A stretch of DNA of 64,000 nt from Vulcanimicrobiota bacterium. Lineage in GTDB: Bacteria > Vulcanimicrobiota > Vulcanimicrobiia > Vulcanimicrobiales > Vulcanimicrobiaceae. The stretch spans positions 288,001 to 352,000 of the forward strand of contig CAWGBN010000007.1 in the NCBI GenBank assembly GCA_963820825.1, given 5' to 3'. The notes beneath the pieces were generated by a model. That model did no database searches. It had not been told where the DNA came from and saw only the letters and a list, made by a program, of their open reading frames with translations. Position 1 is the stretch's first letter; each line of letters begins with the position of its first letter. Of the stretch, positions 29,776-39,293 are shown one piece after another. Both the position numbers and the translations under genes were made by a program.

Positions 29776-32084
29776 CGATTACCTCGAGCCTGATACGGCT
29801 CCGGTGAGGGAGCGTCGGTGAAGAATCCCGAGAGATCCGTGGCAAGCAGATCGCTCAGTGCTAGGGGCTGAAGCCCGAAGATTTCTTCTTCGGTTTTCAG
29901 CACGCTAGCCATGCCGAGGTGATCCTCGCCGACGTAACCGCGGCGGGCGAGCGGCGAAACGACCAAAGCGTAGGTGCGAAGCGCGTTGACGTGGTCGCCG
30001 TCCGATGGTGAATCGTGCGGCACGATAAAGATCGCCGTCGAGCTCCAGTGCGGCGTGTGCGATAGAAAATCGACGATCGAGCCGAGCGCGCGATCGATGT
30101 CGGACGCGCCCGCCGAACCGCCTTCGGCCGGTAGCGAAACGTAGGTATAGTTCGGCATGCTGTCGCTCTGCACGTACCGCCCCATGTCGCGCGCGAACTC
30201 CGCCGCCCGCGCCGAGGCGGCGATCTTCGGACTCCAACCTGCATAGCTCAAATCGACGTTCCCGCTCAGCGCCGCCAGCGCCGGAACGCTGAGATGATAG
30301 TAGGTGCCGTCGTATCCGGAGAGGCGCAGGAGACCTCCGTAGTCCCGAAACGAGATTCCGGCTCGGGCGAGCGCGTTGAAGAGGTAACCGGCTCGTCCGT
30401 AATCTTCGGGATCGTCGCCGTGATCGCTCGTGGCCCGGCTCGATTTCGTCACCGCGGTGATTTGCTGAAAGAGCGTCGCCTCTCCCTCCATCGCGAAGGC
30501 TGCTGCAACGTCCGCGTCCGGATCGGCCGCGTAAAAGTTGTCGGCAACCGCGTAGGAACGAGCGAGCGCGTGGAGGTTCGGAGTGACGCTCTCGGGGTAG
30601 ACGCTGAGGCTCGCATCGCCGTTTCCATGCGCGTTGCCGGCGTCGTCTTTGAGGTCGCCGAATATCGCGTCGTACCCCTGCGTACCGACCGCAATGTAAA
30701 CGACGTGATCGATCGACTCGCTTCGTTTATTCGAGCGCAGCGGCGGTATGACGGGATCGAAGCGTGCGATGGCCGGCGTCCGGTTGTATCGCAACGCGTC
30801 GAGCGTCGCTCGCACGAGGTAGGTGCGTTTGAGGTCGACGCGCTGCAGGATGCCCCAGCCGTTTACGCCTTTGCTATCGAGCACGTAGAGGTAGCGCCCG
30901 TCGTGCGAGACGGCGAGCGCGACCGGATACCACGCCGTTGGAATCAAGCCGTAACGATACCGCGTCGTGCGCTGGGCATCGAGGACCGCGATCGAATTCA
31001 AACCGGCAAGCGCGACGTAGAGACGCTTTCCGTTCGGACTCAACGCCTCGGCACTCGGTTCGGCTCCGTACGGCGCGCCCGGATAGAGACGTAGATCGAG
31101 ACCGCGGACGACGCGCGGCGCACCGTCGAGCGAAACGACGGCGACGCGATCGACGTTTGCCAGCGCTACGTAGGCAACCATTCCGTTGCGCGTAATCTCA
31201 ATCGCACCCGGTGCCGCTCCGCCGACGATTTGCGTTCCATCGGGCGCGCCGTCCATGCGCACGATCGCGGGATCGTTCATCGCTGCGCCGAGCGAGCCAA
31301 AGACCGAGAGCGCCGAAGATTTCGACGCATCGAAGGCCGGCTGCGAGAACTGTGGAGCATCCGCCGGCGGAGCGACCGGAGCGTAATTCGAAAGGCCGGT
31401 GCCGGCGACGAGAACGTTGCGAGCCCCAGCTGCAACGTAGAGCGGGAAATCGCCGGCGGGGAGCGTGCTCGCAACCGTGCGAGAGGCAATGTCGATGGTA
31501 ATAACGGCATTGCCGGCGGTCTCGGCGACGTACGCCGTACGGCCGTTCGGCGCAACCGCGATTTGCGCGGGAAGGCTCTTACGACCGTCCGCCGCGGTCA
31601 GCGCGATCGGCGTGCCCGCCGCCGTCAAGTCGCCGCCGGCCCCGAGATCGAAGAGACGAATCGCCCCAGCCGCCGCGTCCGAAGCGAGCACGAGCGTCTG
31701 CGCGGGATTGCTCGGATCGCGAACCGCTGCGATACCCATGAAGAACGCGGCCTCGGGATCCTTATACGCGCCGGCAATTTGCATCGTCTTCAGGTTGACG
31801 ACGGAGAGCGACGAGTTGGGAGGCGGCGCGTCGTTGGTAACGATTGCGTACCGTCCGTCGGGCGTCACGGTGAAGCCGAGGGGGTTGTTTCCAACGAAGA
31901 GGCTCGCACCCGCCGGCGCGGCGATTCGACCATTGGGAAGAATGGCGGTGGTAGGATGAACTCTATCGGCGCCGGTCGGCCTCGTGCCCGCCGGTGCCGA
32001 ATAGACGATGAGGGGAGCCGGCCGGCTCCCCGCACCCAATAAAAGGGCGGCTAATAGCGCCGCAGCGATAGGTCTAAACGACAC
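29772..32084 (-). CDS. Secreted YncE-type beta-propeller / phosphoesterase-family fusion protein
   Basis: Signal peptide, LPNGR--PAG, SPNGKRLYVA, IPTAWYP, TPNLHALA...DNFY, DHV, SVLKT-EEIFGL; start GTG 32084. Confidence 0.82.
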   Translation of the reverse strand: MSFRPIAAALLAALLLGAGSRPAPLIVYSAPAGTRPTGADRVHPTTAILPNGRIAAPAGASLFVGNNPLGFTVTPDGRYAIVTNDAPPPNSSLSVVNLKTMQIAGAYKDPEAAFFMGIAAVRDPSNPAQTLVLASDAAAGAIRLFDLGAGGDLTAAGTPIALTAADGRKSLPAQIAVAPNGRTAYVAETAGNAVITIDIASRTVASTLPAGDFPLYVAAGARNVLVAGTGLSNYAPVAPPADAPQFSQPAFDASKSSALSVFGSLGAAMNDPAIVRMDGAPDGTQIVGGAAPGAIEITRNGMVAYVALANVDRVAVVSLDGAPRVVRGLDLRLYPGAPYGAEPSAEALSPNGKRLYVALAGLNSIAVLDAQRTTRYRYGLIPTAWYPVALAVSHDGRYLYVLDSKGVNGWGILQRVDLKRTYLVRATLDALRYNRTPAIARFDPVIPPLRSNKRSESIDHVVYIAVGTQGYDAIFGDLKDDAGNAHGNGDASLSVYPESVTPNLHALARSYAVADNFYAADPDADVAAAFAMEGEATLFQQITAVTKSSRATSDHGDDPEDYGRAGYLFNALARAGISFRDYGGLLRLSGYDGTYYHLSVPALAALSGNVDLSYAGWSPKIAASARAAEFARDMGRYVQSDSMPNYTYVSLPAEGGSAGASDIDRALGSIVDFLSHTPHWSSTAIFIVPHDSPSDGDHVNALRTYALVVSPLARRGYVGEDHLGMASVLKTEEEIFGLQPLALSDLLATDLSGFFTDAPSPEPYQARGNR

Positions 32085-32102
32085 GGGAGGTAAGCGATTA
32101 TC

Positions 32103-33191
32103 ATGCGGGCTGCGGGGCCCCTGCCGAAGGAGGGAAACGTCGCTACGAGCAGCGACGCGAGGATTCTTGCGGTCTCGACGGCCGTTCCGCCCTTCGAGCT
32201 GGGACAAGCCGACGTAACGCGGCGAATCGAACTCGCGCTAGGCCCCCATTCGCGCGAGATCGTGCGTCTGCTCCCCATGTTCGGCAATACGGGCATCGAA
32301 CGACGCTATTCGTGCGTGCCGATCGAGTGGTACGAGCAACTCCACGAATGGCCGGAGCGCAACCAAGTCTATCTCGACTCGGCGATCGATCTGCTCGAGG
32401 AGGCAACGCGACGCGTGCTCGTACGGGCGGGGCGCCGGGCCGAAGAGATCGACGCAATCGTCGTCGTCTCCACGACCGGAATAGCGACGCCGAGTCTCGA
32501 CGCGCTGCTGATGGAGCGCATGGGCCTGCGCCGAACCGTGAAACGCCTTCCGATCTTCGGGTTGGGTTGCGCCGGAGGAACGATCGGCTTGGCCCGTGCC
32601 GCGGCACTCGCGCGCATGCAGCCCGGTTCGCTGGTGCTCTTTCTGGTGGTCGAGCTCTGCGCGCTCTGCTTTCGCCGCGACGATTTCTCCAAGAGCAATA
32701 TCGTCGCGACCGCGCTCTTCGGTGACGGCGCGGCGGCCGCGTTGATCTCCTCGGATTGCGACGGCGCGCGGATCGTCGGCAGCGGCGAGTACACGTGGCC
32801 CGACTCGCTCGACGTCATGGGGTGGGAAGTTACCGGCGAGGGACTCAAAGCGATCTTCTCGCGCGACATTCCCGAACTCGTCACGACGAAGCTGCACGAC
32901 GTCGCGGTCGAGTTTCTTGCCGAGCGCGGGCTGCAGCTGCGCGACGTCGACCGCTTCGTCTGTCATCCCGGCGGTGCCAAGGTACTCGACGCGTTGGAAG
33001 TCGCCTTCGAGTTAGAGCCGGGAACGCTCGAAGCGTCGCGCGACGTGCTGCGCGACTACGGGAACATGTCCGCCGCTACGGTGATGTTCGTGCTCGAGCG
33101 CACGATCGGCGATTCGCAGCCGTGGCGACGCGCACTCGTCAGCGCGCTGGGTCCCGGCTTCACCGCCGGCTTCACGCTGCTCGAATCCTGA
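32103..33191 (+). CDS. Type III polyketide synthase (BpsA/SrsA-like)
   Basis: Catalytic GLGCAGG, ALFGDGAAA, HPGG-K, GNMS, LGPGF. Confidence 0.95.
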   Translation: MRAAGPLPKEGNVATSSDARILAVSTAVPPFELGQADVTRRIELALGPHSREIVRLLPMFGNTGIERRYSCVPIEWYEQLHEWPERNQVYLDSAIDLLEEATRRVLVRAGRRAEEIDAIVVVSTTGIATPSLDALLMERMGLRRTVKRLPIFGLGCAGGTIGLARAAALARMQPGSLVLFLVVELCALCFRRDDFSKSNIVATALFGDGAAAALISSDCDGARIVGSGEYTWPDSLDVMGWEVTGEGLKAIFSRDIPELVTTKLHDVAVEFLAERGLQLRDVDRFVCHPGGAKVLDALEVAFELEPGTLEASRDVLRDYGNMSAATVMFVLERTIGDSQPWRRALVSALGPGFTAGFTLLES

Positions 33192-33700
33192 TGATACTTT
33201 GGATCGTGCTCGGCCTCGTCGCCCTTCAGCGAGTCGCCGAGCTCCTATTTGCCGCGCGCAACACGCGCCGGCTTCTCGCACGGGGCGGCGTCGAGGTCGG
33301 CGCCGTTCAGTATCCTTTCATCGTTGTCTTGCATGCAGCGTGGCTCGCGAGCATGGCGATCTTCATCCCGGCCGCCACGCTTCCGAACTGGTGGCTGCTG
33401 GGAATCTACGCGCTATTGCAACCGCTGCGAGTCTGGACGATTGCGACGCTCGGGCCGTACTGGACGACGCGGATCATTAACGTGCCCGGCGCGCCCCTCG
33501 TGCGGCGCGGGCCCTACCGCATCTTCCGTCATCCGAACTACGCGATCGTCTGCGCCGAAATCTTCGTCCTTCCGCTCGCCTTCGGAGCGATCGAGATCGC
33601 AATCCTCTTCTCGTTCTTCAACGCCGCGGTGCTTTCGTGGCGCATCCGAACCGAAGAGCGCGCGCTGATCGAATCGGGGCGAACTGCGGCTCCGCGATAG
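33191..33700 (+). CDS. Isoprenylcysteine carboxyl methyltransferase family protein (BpsB/SrsB-like)
   Basis: QRVAEL...RN---L---GG-E, TLG-YWTTRI, GPYR--RHPNY, RI--EE. Confidence 0.92.
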   Translation: MILWIVLGLVALQRVAELLFAARNTRRLLARGGVEVGAVQYPFIVVLHAAWLASMAIFIPAATLPNWWLLGIYALLQPLRVWTIATLGPYWTTRIINVPGAPLVRRGPYRIFRHPNYAIVCAEIFVLPLAFGAIEIAILFSFFNAAVLSWRIRTEERALIESGRTAAPR

Positions 33701-33733
33701 GCGCTTTTCAACCCAGCGCGAACGCTTGCGACC

Positions 33734-35035
33734 ATGCTCGTCGATCGGCTGACGACGCTCTCCGAGCGGCTCTACTCATATGCGCAGCGGTACGAGCTTC
33801 TTCAGGACTCCCGCGCGATCTTCGCCACCACCTACGGACTCATTACGAAGATTATTGCGCGCGAGCTCCCAAAGAGGACCTGGAATGATGCAGATTTTGT
33901 GGTGCGCCTCGCCGAGGCGTTTTCGGCACGCTACCTTGCCGCCCTAGATGCTTACGACCGCGGCGAAGCTCCGGATCCCGCTTGGACGAACGTCTTCAAG
34001 GTCACGGCATCGACACGTACGTCGGTCGTCGAAGACCTGATCTGCGCCATGGCGGCGCATATCATTCACGATCTCCCGATCGCCTTGAACGATGCGTCGT
34101 TTCAAGCGAGCGGGCCAAACGCGCACGTTGCCGATTTCAATCAAATGAACGCGGTCTTGGACGACGGAATCAACGAGATCTTTCAAACGCTGACCGCCCG
34201 TTATAATCCGGCCCTGCGCTGGCTCGAACTCCTGGGCTGGCGCAACGAAGAGCTCCTCACAAACTACGGAATCGCACTCAGTCGCGCGGCCGCCTGGTAC
34301 AACGCTTGCCGCCTCCAATCCGACGACCGCGTGGCCGCGAGTGCGTCGATCGAACGCAGCTCGCAGATCCTCATCAACGATCTGCTTCATCCGCCGCTCT
34401 TCTCGGTCGACCTCGTGCTGCGCGCCTTTCGTTGGCTCGCGGCGCTCGGCCGGCGCTGGCCTTCCCGGGCAGTCGTCCCCAATCCACTGCCGCCTCAGGC
34501 CCAAGCGAACCGGAACTACTATTTTCATATCGGCGCCGGCTGCTGGCGTGGCACGTTCACGTTCTCGATTACCGATCTCAAGGCGCTGATGAACGAGAGA
34601 ATGCCGCTGAAGCAGCGGTTTCTCGCGCTGATCATCGCCGGCATCATGCTCGTCCTGCGATCGGCTCCGATTCTTTCGCGAATTCACGCCTTTCCGGATC
34701 AAAACGTCAACGGCGTCGCCTTCAACGTTATCCGCATCGCGTTTGCCGGAATCACGCTCTATCTCTCCCGGGAGGTTTATACGCTACTTCCGGACGGCCA
34801 CGGCGTTTTCGTCGAGACGAAACAGCGTTTTGGTCCATTTGCTTTCTTACTGAACTTTCGGACCCGATACCCGGCCGTGGTCGAGGGAGAGGGAAATCAT
34901 ACGCAATATCAGATTCCGCTCCTAGCCACCAGTTGGCTTGGAGATTATCGCGTCGCCGCGGACGAACGCCACATCGACTCACGCGTCTCCTGCCCCTGGG
35001 GGATCGCCCAGGAACACATCGATAAGCAAGCCTAG
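33734..35035 (+). CDS. DUF5995-like protein with an extra C-terminal domain
   Basis: F---Y---T, F--RYL-A-D, W--VF, AHI-HDLP-AL, DFN-MN-VL pattern; further ~180 aa unrecognised. Confidence 0.65.
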   Translation: MLVDRLTTLSERLYSYAQRYELLQDSRAIFATTYGLITKIIARELPKRTWNDADFVVRLAEAFSARYLAALDAYDRGEAPDPAWTNVFKVTASTRTSVVEDLICAMAAHIIHDLPIALNDASFQASGPNAHVADFNQMNAVLDDGINEIFQTLTARYNPALRWLELLGWRNEELLTNYGIALSRAAAWYNACRLQSDDRVAASASIERSSQILINDLLHPPLFSVDLVLRAFRWLAALGRRWPSRAVVPNPLPPQAQANRNYYFHIGAGCWRGTFTFSITDLKALMNERMPLKQRFLALIIAGIMLVLRSAPILSRIHAFPDQNVNGVAFNVIRIAFAGITLYLSREVYTLLPDGHGVFVETKQRFGPFAFLLNFRTRYPAVVEGEGNHTQYQIPLLATSWLGDYRVAADERHIDSRVSCPWGIAQEHIDKQA

Positions 35036-36510
35036 AGCTTTGTTTCCACACGCACGAGTCGTTTCAACGCGCGCCCGAGCCGCGCGATTCCTTCGCGCGC
35101 CTCCTCGTCGTTGAGATGCCCGAACGATAAGCGCAGCGCCGGCGGACCGCTTCGCGTCGGATAGAACGGCTCGGCCGGCATGACGAGCACGCCCTCGCGC
35201 GCGCACGCGTCGAATGCCGCTTGCGTCGAGATGCGCGGCGGAAGCGGCAGCCAAACGTTGACTCCGGCGCCCGGCGACCGCACGGTCGTCCAACGCGCAA
35301 CTGCGGAGAGCGCCTCGACGAATGCGTCGCGCCGCTTGCGATAGAGTGCGCGCGTCGTGCGAAAGTGGCGGCCGCAGGCAGAGCTCTCCATGAATCGCCA
35401 AAGCGCGCGCTGGGTGAGCGTCGACGTGAAGACGTCGGCGCGCACCTTGGCCGCTTCGAGCGCTTGCGCGATCCCACCCTTCGCGTAGAGATACCCGATG
35501 CGTAACGCGGGGAAGATGGACTTCGAGAGGCTCTCCATCAGGATGACGCGCCCGTCGCTATCGTGCGCGGCCAGCGGCGGCGGCGCGGGTGCATCGTAGG
35601 TGAGCTGCCATCCGGTTTGATCCTCGAGTACGACGACGTCGTAGCGGCGCGCCAGTGCGACGATCTGCTTGGCACGGCGCGCCGGCAGCACCGCGCCGGT
35701 CGGATTCTGCGCGATTGGATTGACGTAGAAGAGCCGCGGCCGGTATTCGGCAAAGACGCGCTCGACGTCGTCGGCGCGCACGCCGTCCTCGTCACCGCGC
35801 ACCTCGACGTAGGTGACGCCGCGCGCGTCGAAGACTCCGAGGCTCCCCCAATAGGTTGGGCTCTCGCTCGCGACGACGCTGCGTTCGTCGAGGAGGACGG
35901 TCGCGACGATATCCGCGGCCTGCTGCGCGCCCGAACAGACGATGACCTCATCTGCGCCGGCGCTGCAGCCGCGTCCGCGCAGCAGCGCGGCGAGCTTCGC
36001 ACAGAGATCGTGATCTCCGGTCGACGAACGGTATTGCATGAGCTCCGCCGAGTCGTCGAGCAGCGTGCGATGAAAGGCACGGGCAAAATCGTGAAGCGGG
36101 AAGGTCTCCGGCGCGGGATGCCCGCTCGCGAGCGAAATCGCACCCGGCTCGGTCGCACTCGTCAGCCGTTCCATGACGCCTTCGAGCCGGGTGCCGCGCG
36201 CGAAGCGGCCGACGTCGGGCTCCCACCGCCGAGCGAAGGGTTCCGCGCGATCGGGCGGCTCGGCAACGTAGGTTCCCTTTCCGGGACGCGCAGTTGCCCG
36301 GCCGCGAGCGCGCAGCAGCTCGTAGGCTTGCGAGACGGTGACGAGCGCGCAGCGCAATGCTCGAGCGAGCTCGCGCATCGCCGGAAGCCGCTCGCCGGAG
36401 CGGAGCTCGTCGTTCTCGACCGCTTCGACGATGCGGTCGGCAAGTTGCACGTAGAGCGGTCGCGGATCGCTCGGATCGAACTTCAGCGATCGAAGCAGCG
36501 CGTCAGACGT
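35032..36510 (-). CDS. MocR/GabR family PLP-dependent transcriptional regulator; inferred ACG start
   Basis: GntR wHTH PLYVQLA...GERLPAMRELA...GKGTYV; aminotransferase QNPTG, SLSKSIFPALRIG. Confidence 0.92.
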   Translation of the reverse strand, partial: TSDALLRSLKFDPSDPRPLYVQLADRIVEAVENDELRSGERLPAMRELARALRCALVTVSQAYELLRARGRATARPGKGTYVAEPPDRAEPFARRWEPDVGRFARGTRLEGVMERLTSATEPGAISLASGHPAPETFPLHDFARAFHRTLLDDSAELMQYRSSTGDHDLCAKLAALLRGRGCSAGADEVIVCSGAQQAADIVATVLLDERSVVASESPTYWGSLGVFDARGVTYVEVRGDEDGVRADDVERVFAEYRPRLFYVNPIAQNPTGAVLPARRAKQIVALARRYDVVVLEDQTGWQLTYDAPAPPPLAAHDSDGRVILMESLSKSIFPALRIGYLYAKGGIAQALEAAKVRADVFTSTLTQRALWRFMESSACGRHFRTTRALYRKRRDAFVEALSAVARWTTVRSPGAGVNVWLPLPPRISTQAAFDACAREGVLVMPAEPFYPTRSGPPALRLSFGHLNDEEAREGIARLGRALKRLVRVETKL

Positions 36511-37954
36511 TTGCGCTGAAACCGTCTCCTTCGTTCGCTGCCGGTATGCGCCGGGCGACCCCTTCCTCCGTAGCGGCGTTGGCAACGGCCTTTGCGACCG
36601 CGTCGACCACGCGCGTATCGAAGACGCTGGGAATCACGTACTCGGCGCTCAACTCGTCGGCCGTAACGATCTGGGCGATCGCGAAGGACGCGGCCAGCTT
36701 CATTCCCTCGGTTATGCGGCGCGCGCGCACGTCGAGCGCGCCGCGAAAGATTCCCGGAAAGGCCAGCAGATTGTTGACTTGATTGGGAAAATCCGAGCGG
36801 CCCGTCGCGATGACCGCCGCGACCGGACCCGCGACGTCGGGCATGATCTCCGGATTCGGGTTTGCCATCGCAAAGACGATCGGATCGCGTGCCATACGCG
36901 CGATGTCTTCCGGCTGCAAGATGCCCGGTGCGGAGACGCCGATGAAGACGTCGACGCCTTCGAGCACATCGCGAAGCGAGCCGCGACGGTTCTCTCGATT
37001 GCAATGCTCGGCGAGCCAGCGCCAATGCGGATTCTCGTAGCGATCGGTGCGGTTGAGCGCGCCGGCTCGATCGACCGGAATTACGTCGCGCACGCCGGCT
37101 CCGAGCAGCATCTTGATCGTCGCCGTTCCGGCGGCGCCGCTTCCCGAAACGACGACCTGAAGATCTTCCAACTGCTTCCCGACGACGCGCGCGGCGTTGA
37201 TCAACGCCGCCATGATGACGACGGCCGTACCGTGCTGATCGTCGTGCATCACGGGAATGTCGAGCGCCTCGATCAGCCGCTGCTCCACCTCGAAGCAGCG
37301 CGGTGCGCTGATGTCTTCCAAGTTGATCCCGCCGAAGACCGGCGCGATGCGAACGACGGTTTCGACGATCTCGTCGACGTCCTTAGTATCGAGGCAGATC
37401 GGAAACGCGTCGATGTCGGCAAACTGCTTGAAGAGCATCGCCTTGCCTTCCATCACCGGCAACGCGCCGAGCGGTCCGATGTCGCCCAGACCGAGCACCG
37501 CGGTGCCGTCGGTAACGACGGCGACGCTATTGCGCTTGATGGTAAGCTGGAAGGCTTTGCTCGGATCGGCCGCGATCGCCATCGAGACGCGGGCGACGCC
37601 GGGCGTGTAGACCGTCGAGAGATCTTGCCGGCTCTTGATCGTGATCTTCGAATCGATCCGAATCTTCCCGCCGATGTGCGCGAGGAAGGTCGAGTCGGCC
37701 GCGAAGATGATTCGCGCCCCGTCGATCCGTTCGACGGCGCGGCGCACGTCGTGGGCGACCGTCTCCGACGATGCGCCGATCGTAACGTCGCGGACGATAC
37801 GCGTTCGGCCGACGGTGTGCATGTCGACCGCGCCGATCGCGCCGCCGGCATCGCCGATGGCATTGGCCAGCGTACCGAAGGCGCCGGGCTCGTTCAGCAT
37901 ATCGATGCGGAGCACCATCGTCAGGCTGATCGCCGGCTGCGACATCCCGCTCAT
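36503..37954 (-). CDS. NAD(P)-dependent malic enzyme with N-terminal ACT domain
   Basis: YTPGVA, TDGTAVLGLG, MEGK, NLEDI, HDDQHGT, ATGRSDFPNQVNN. Confidence 0.95.
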   Translation of the reverse strand: MSGMSQPAISLTMVLRIDMLNEPGAFGTLANAIGDAGGAIGAVDMHTVGRTRIVRDVTIGASSETVAHDVRRAVERIDGARIIFAADSTFLAHIGGKIRIDSKITIKSRQDLSTVYTPGVARVSMAIAADPSKAFQLTIKRNSVAVVTDGTAVLGLGDIGPLGALPVMEGKAMLFKQFADIDAFPICLDTKDVDEIVETVVRIAPVFGGINLEDISAPRCFEVEQRLIEALDIPVMHDDQHGTAVVIMAALINAARVVGKQLEDLQVVVSGSGAAGTATIKMLLGAGVRDVIPVDRAGALNRTDRYENPHWRWLAEHCNRENRRGSLRDVLEGVDVFIGVSAPGILQPEDIARMARDPIVFAMANPNPEIMPDVAGPVAAVIATGRSDFPNQVNNLLAFPGIFRGALDVRARRITEGMKLAASFAIAQIVTADELSAEYVIPSVFDTRVVDAVAKAVANAATEEGVARRIPAANEGDGFSANV

Positions 37955-37958
37955 CGCA

Positions 37959-39293
37959 CTAGTTGCCGCTCACCGTCATCTCGGCGACGCGAAACGACGG
38001 CGAGACGACGGGACCGTCGAAACGCAGATCGTTCGCAATCGCGTCGATGCCCGCAAGGATCTCGGGGTATTGGCCGGCGATGGTGAACTCATCGATGGGA
38101 TAGGCGAGTTCGCCGCCTTCGATCAGAAAACCGCGCGCGCCCCGGCTGTAGGTGCCCGACGCATGTTCGGTCGCAAAGCCGATAGTGTCCATCACCAGCA
38201 CACCTAGCGGCGTCGAGCCGATCAGCTCCTGCAGCGAGATCGTGCCGGCTTCCAAATAGAAGTTCGTCGGCCCGATACCTCCGCCGGTGGAGTTGCCGGT
38301 GCTCGCCGCGCTGAGCTTTCGCGCGTAATACGTATCGTAGAGAAACGACTGCAGCACGCCCCGCTCGAAGACCGGCGTCCGGCGCGTCGGCACGCCCTCG
38401 CCGTCGAAGGGCGACGAGCCCAATCCGGCCGGCACCCGGCCATCGTCGGCGACGTTGACGAGCTCGCTGCCGATATGGTTGCCGATCTGACCGCTCAGCC
38501 ACGAGTTTCCCGTCGCGACGTTCGCCGCCGACACGGCGGCGAAGAGATCCTCGAGCAGCGACGCGGCGACGTCGCGTTCGAAGATGACCGGAACGCGCAT
38601 CGTCGGCGGCTTGCGGGCGCCGAAGAGATCGACGGCGCGCCGTACGGCCGTTTCGGCGACGAGTTTGGGCGCTTCGAGGTCGCCCAGATAGCGGGCCGCG
38701 GTTCCGTACTGCGCGATCCGCTTGACGTCGCCATCGAGCGCGACGGGCCCGGTCGAACGCCCGGCGCGCGTCCAGCCGTAGGCGGCGGCGAATCCCAGTG
38801 AGTTCGCGAGCGCGGTGACGCCGGTGGCGTCGGTATAGTGCGAACCGCTCGAATTGGAGACGCGCGGGTCGGCGGCGCGAATCAACCGCTCGAGGGCGAG
38901 TGCCTCTTCGACCTTCTCGGCGCCGTCGCGCCGCTCGATTCGCTCGTCGGAAAGACGAAGATCGGCGCCGCCGGCGGGAACCTCAGTTTGCGGTAATCCC
39001 GCGTATTCGTCGGAGGCGACGAGATCGGCGTGAGCCACCGCGCGAGCGACCGCCTCGCGCAAGCCGTCGTTCGTAAGATCCGAGGTTGAGAGCGTCGCCC
39101 TTCGCCCGTCGCGAAAGACGCGCAGGAAGAGGCTCTTGCCGATCGACCCCTCCAGCCGCGCCACGACGTCTTCGCGCGCTTCGGCGTGAAAACGCCGCGC
39201 GATCGAAACCGAGGCCTCGGCGTTCTCCGCACCGGCGGCCCGCGCTAGCGAAAGCGCCGCGCTCGCTAAGTCGATAGCCGCCGATTCATCCAT
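37959..39293 (-). CDS. pmbA: TldE/PmbA family protein
   Basis: PFDGEG, STGN, G-YSRGA-GF-IE-GE, TIAG, SPSF; no HExxH; follows tldD. Confidence 0.92.
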   Translation of the reverse strand: MDESAAIDLASAALSLARAAGAENAEASVSIARRFHAEAREDVVARLEGSIGKSLFLRVFRDGRRATLSTSDLTNDGLREAVARAVAHADLVASDEYAGLPQTEVPAGGADLRLSDERIERRDGAEKVEEALALERLIRAADPRVSNSSGSHYTDATGVTALANSLGFAAAYGWTRAGRSTGPVALDGDVKRIAQYGTAARYLGDLEAPKLVAETAVRRAVDLFGARKPPTMRVPVIFERDVAASLLEDLFAAVSAANVATGNSWLSGQIGNHIGSELVNVADDGRVPAGLGSSPFDGEGVPTRRTPVFERGVLQSFLYDTYYARKLSAASTGNSTGGGIGPTNFYLEAGTISLQELIGSTPLGVLVMDTIGFATEHASGTYSRGARGFLIEGGELAYPIDEFTIAGQYPEILAGIDAIANDLRFDGPVVSPSFRVAEMTVSGN

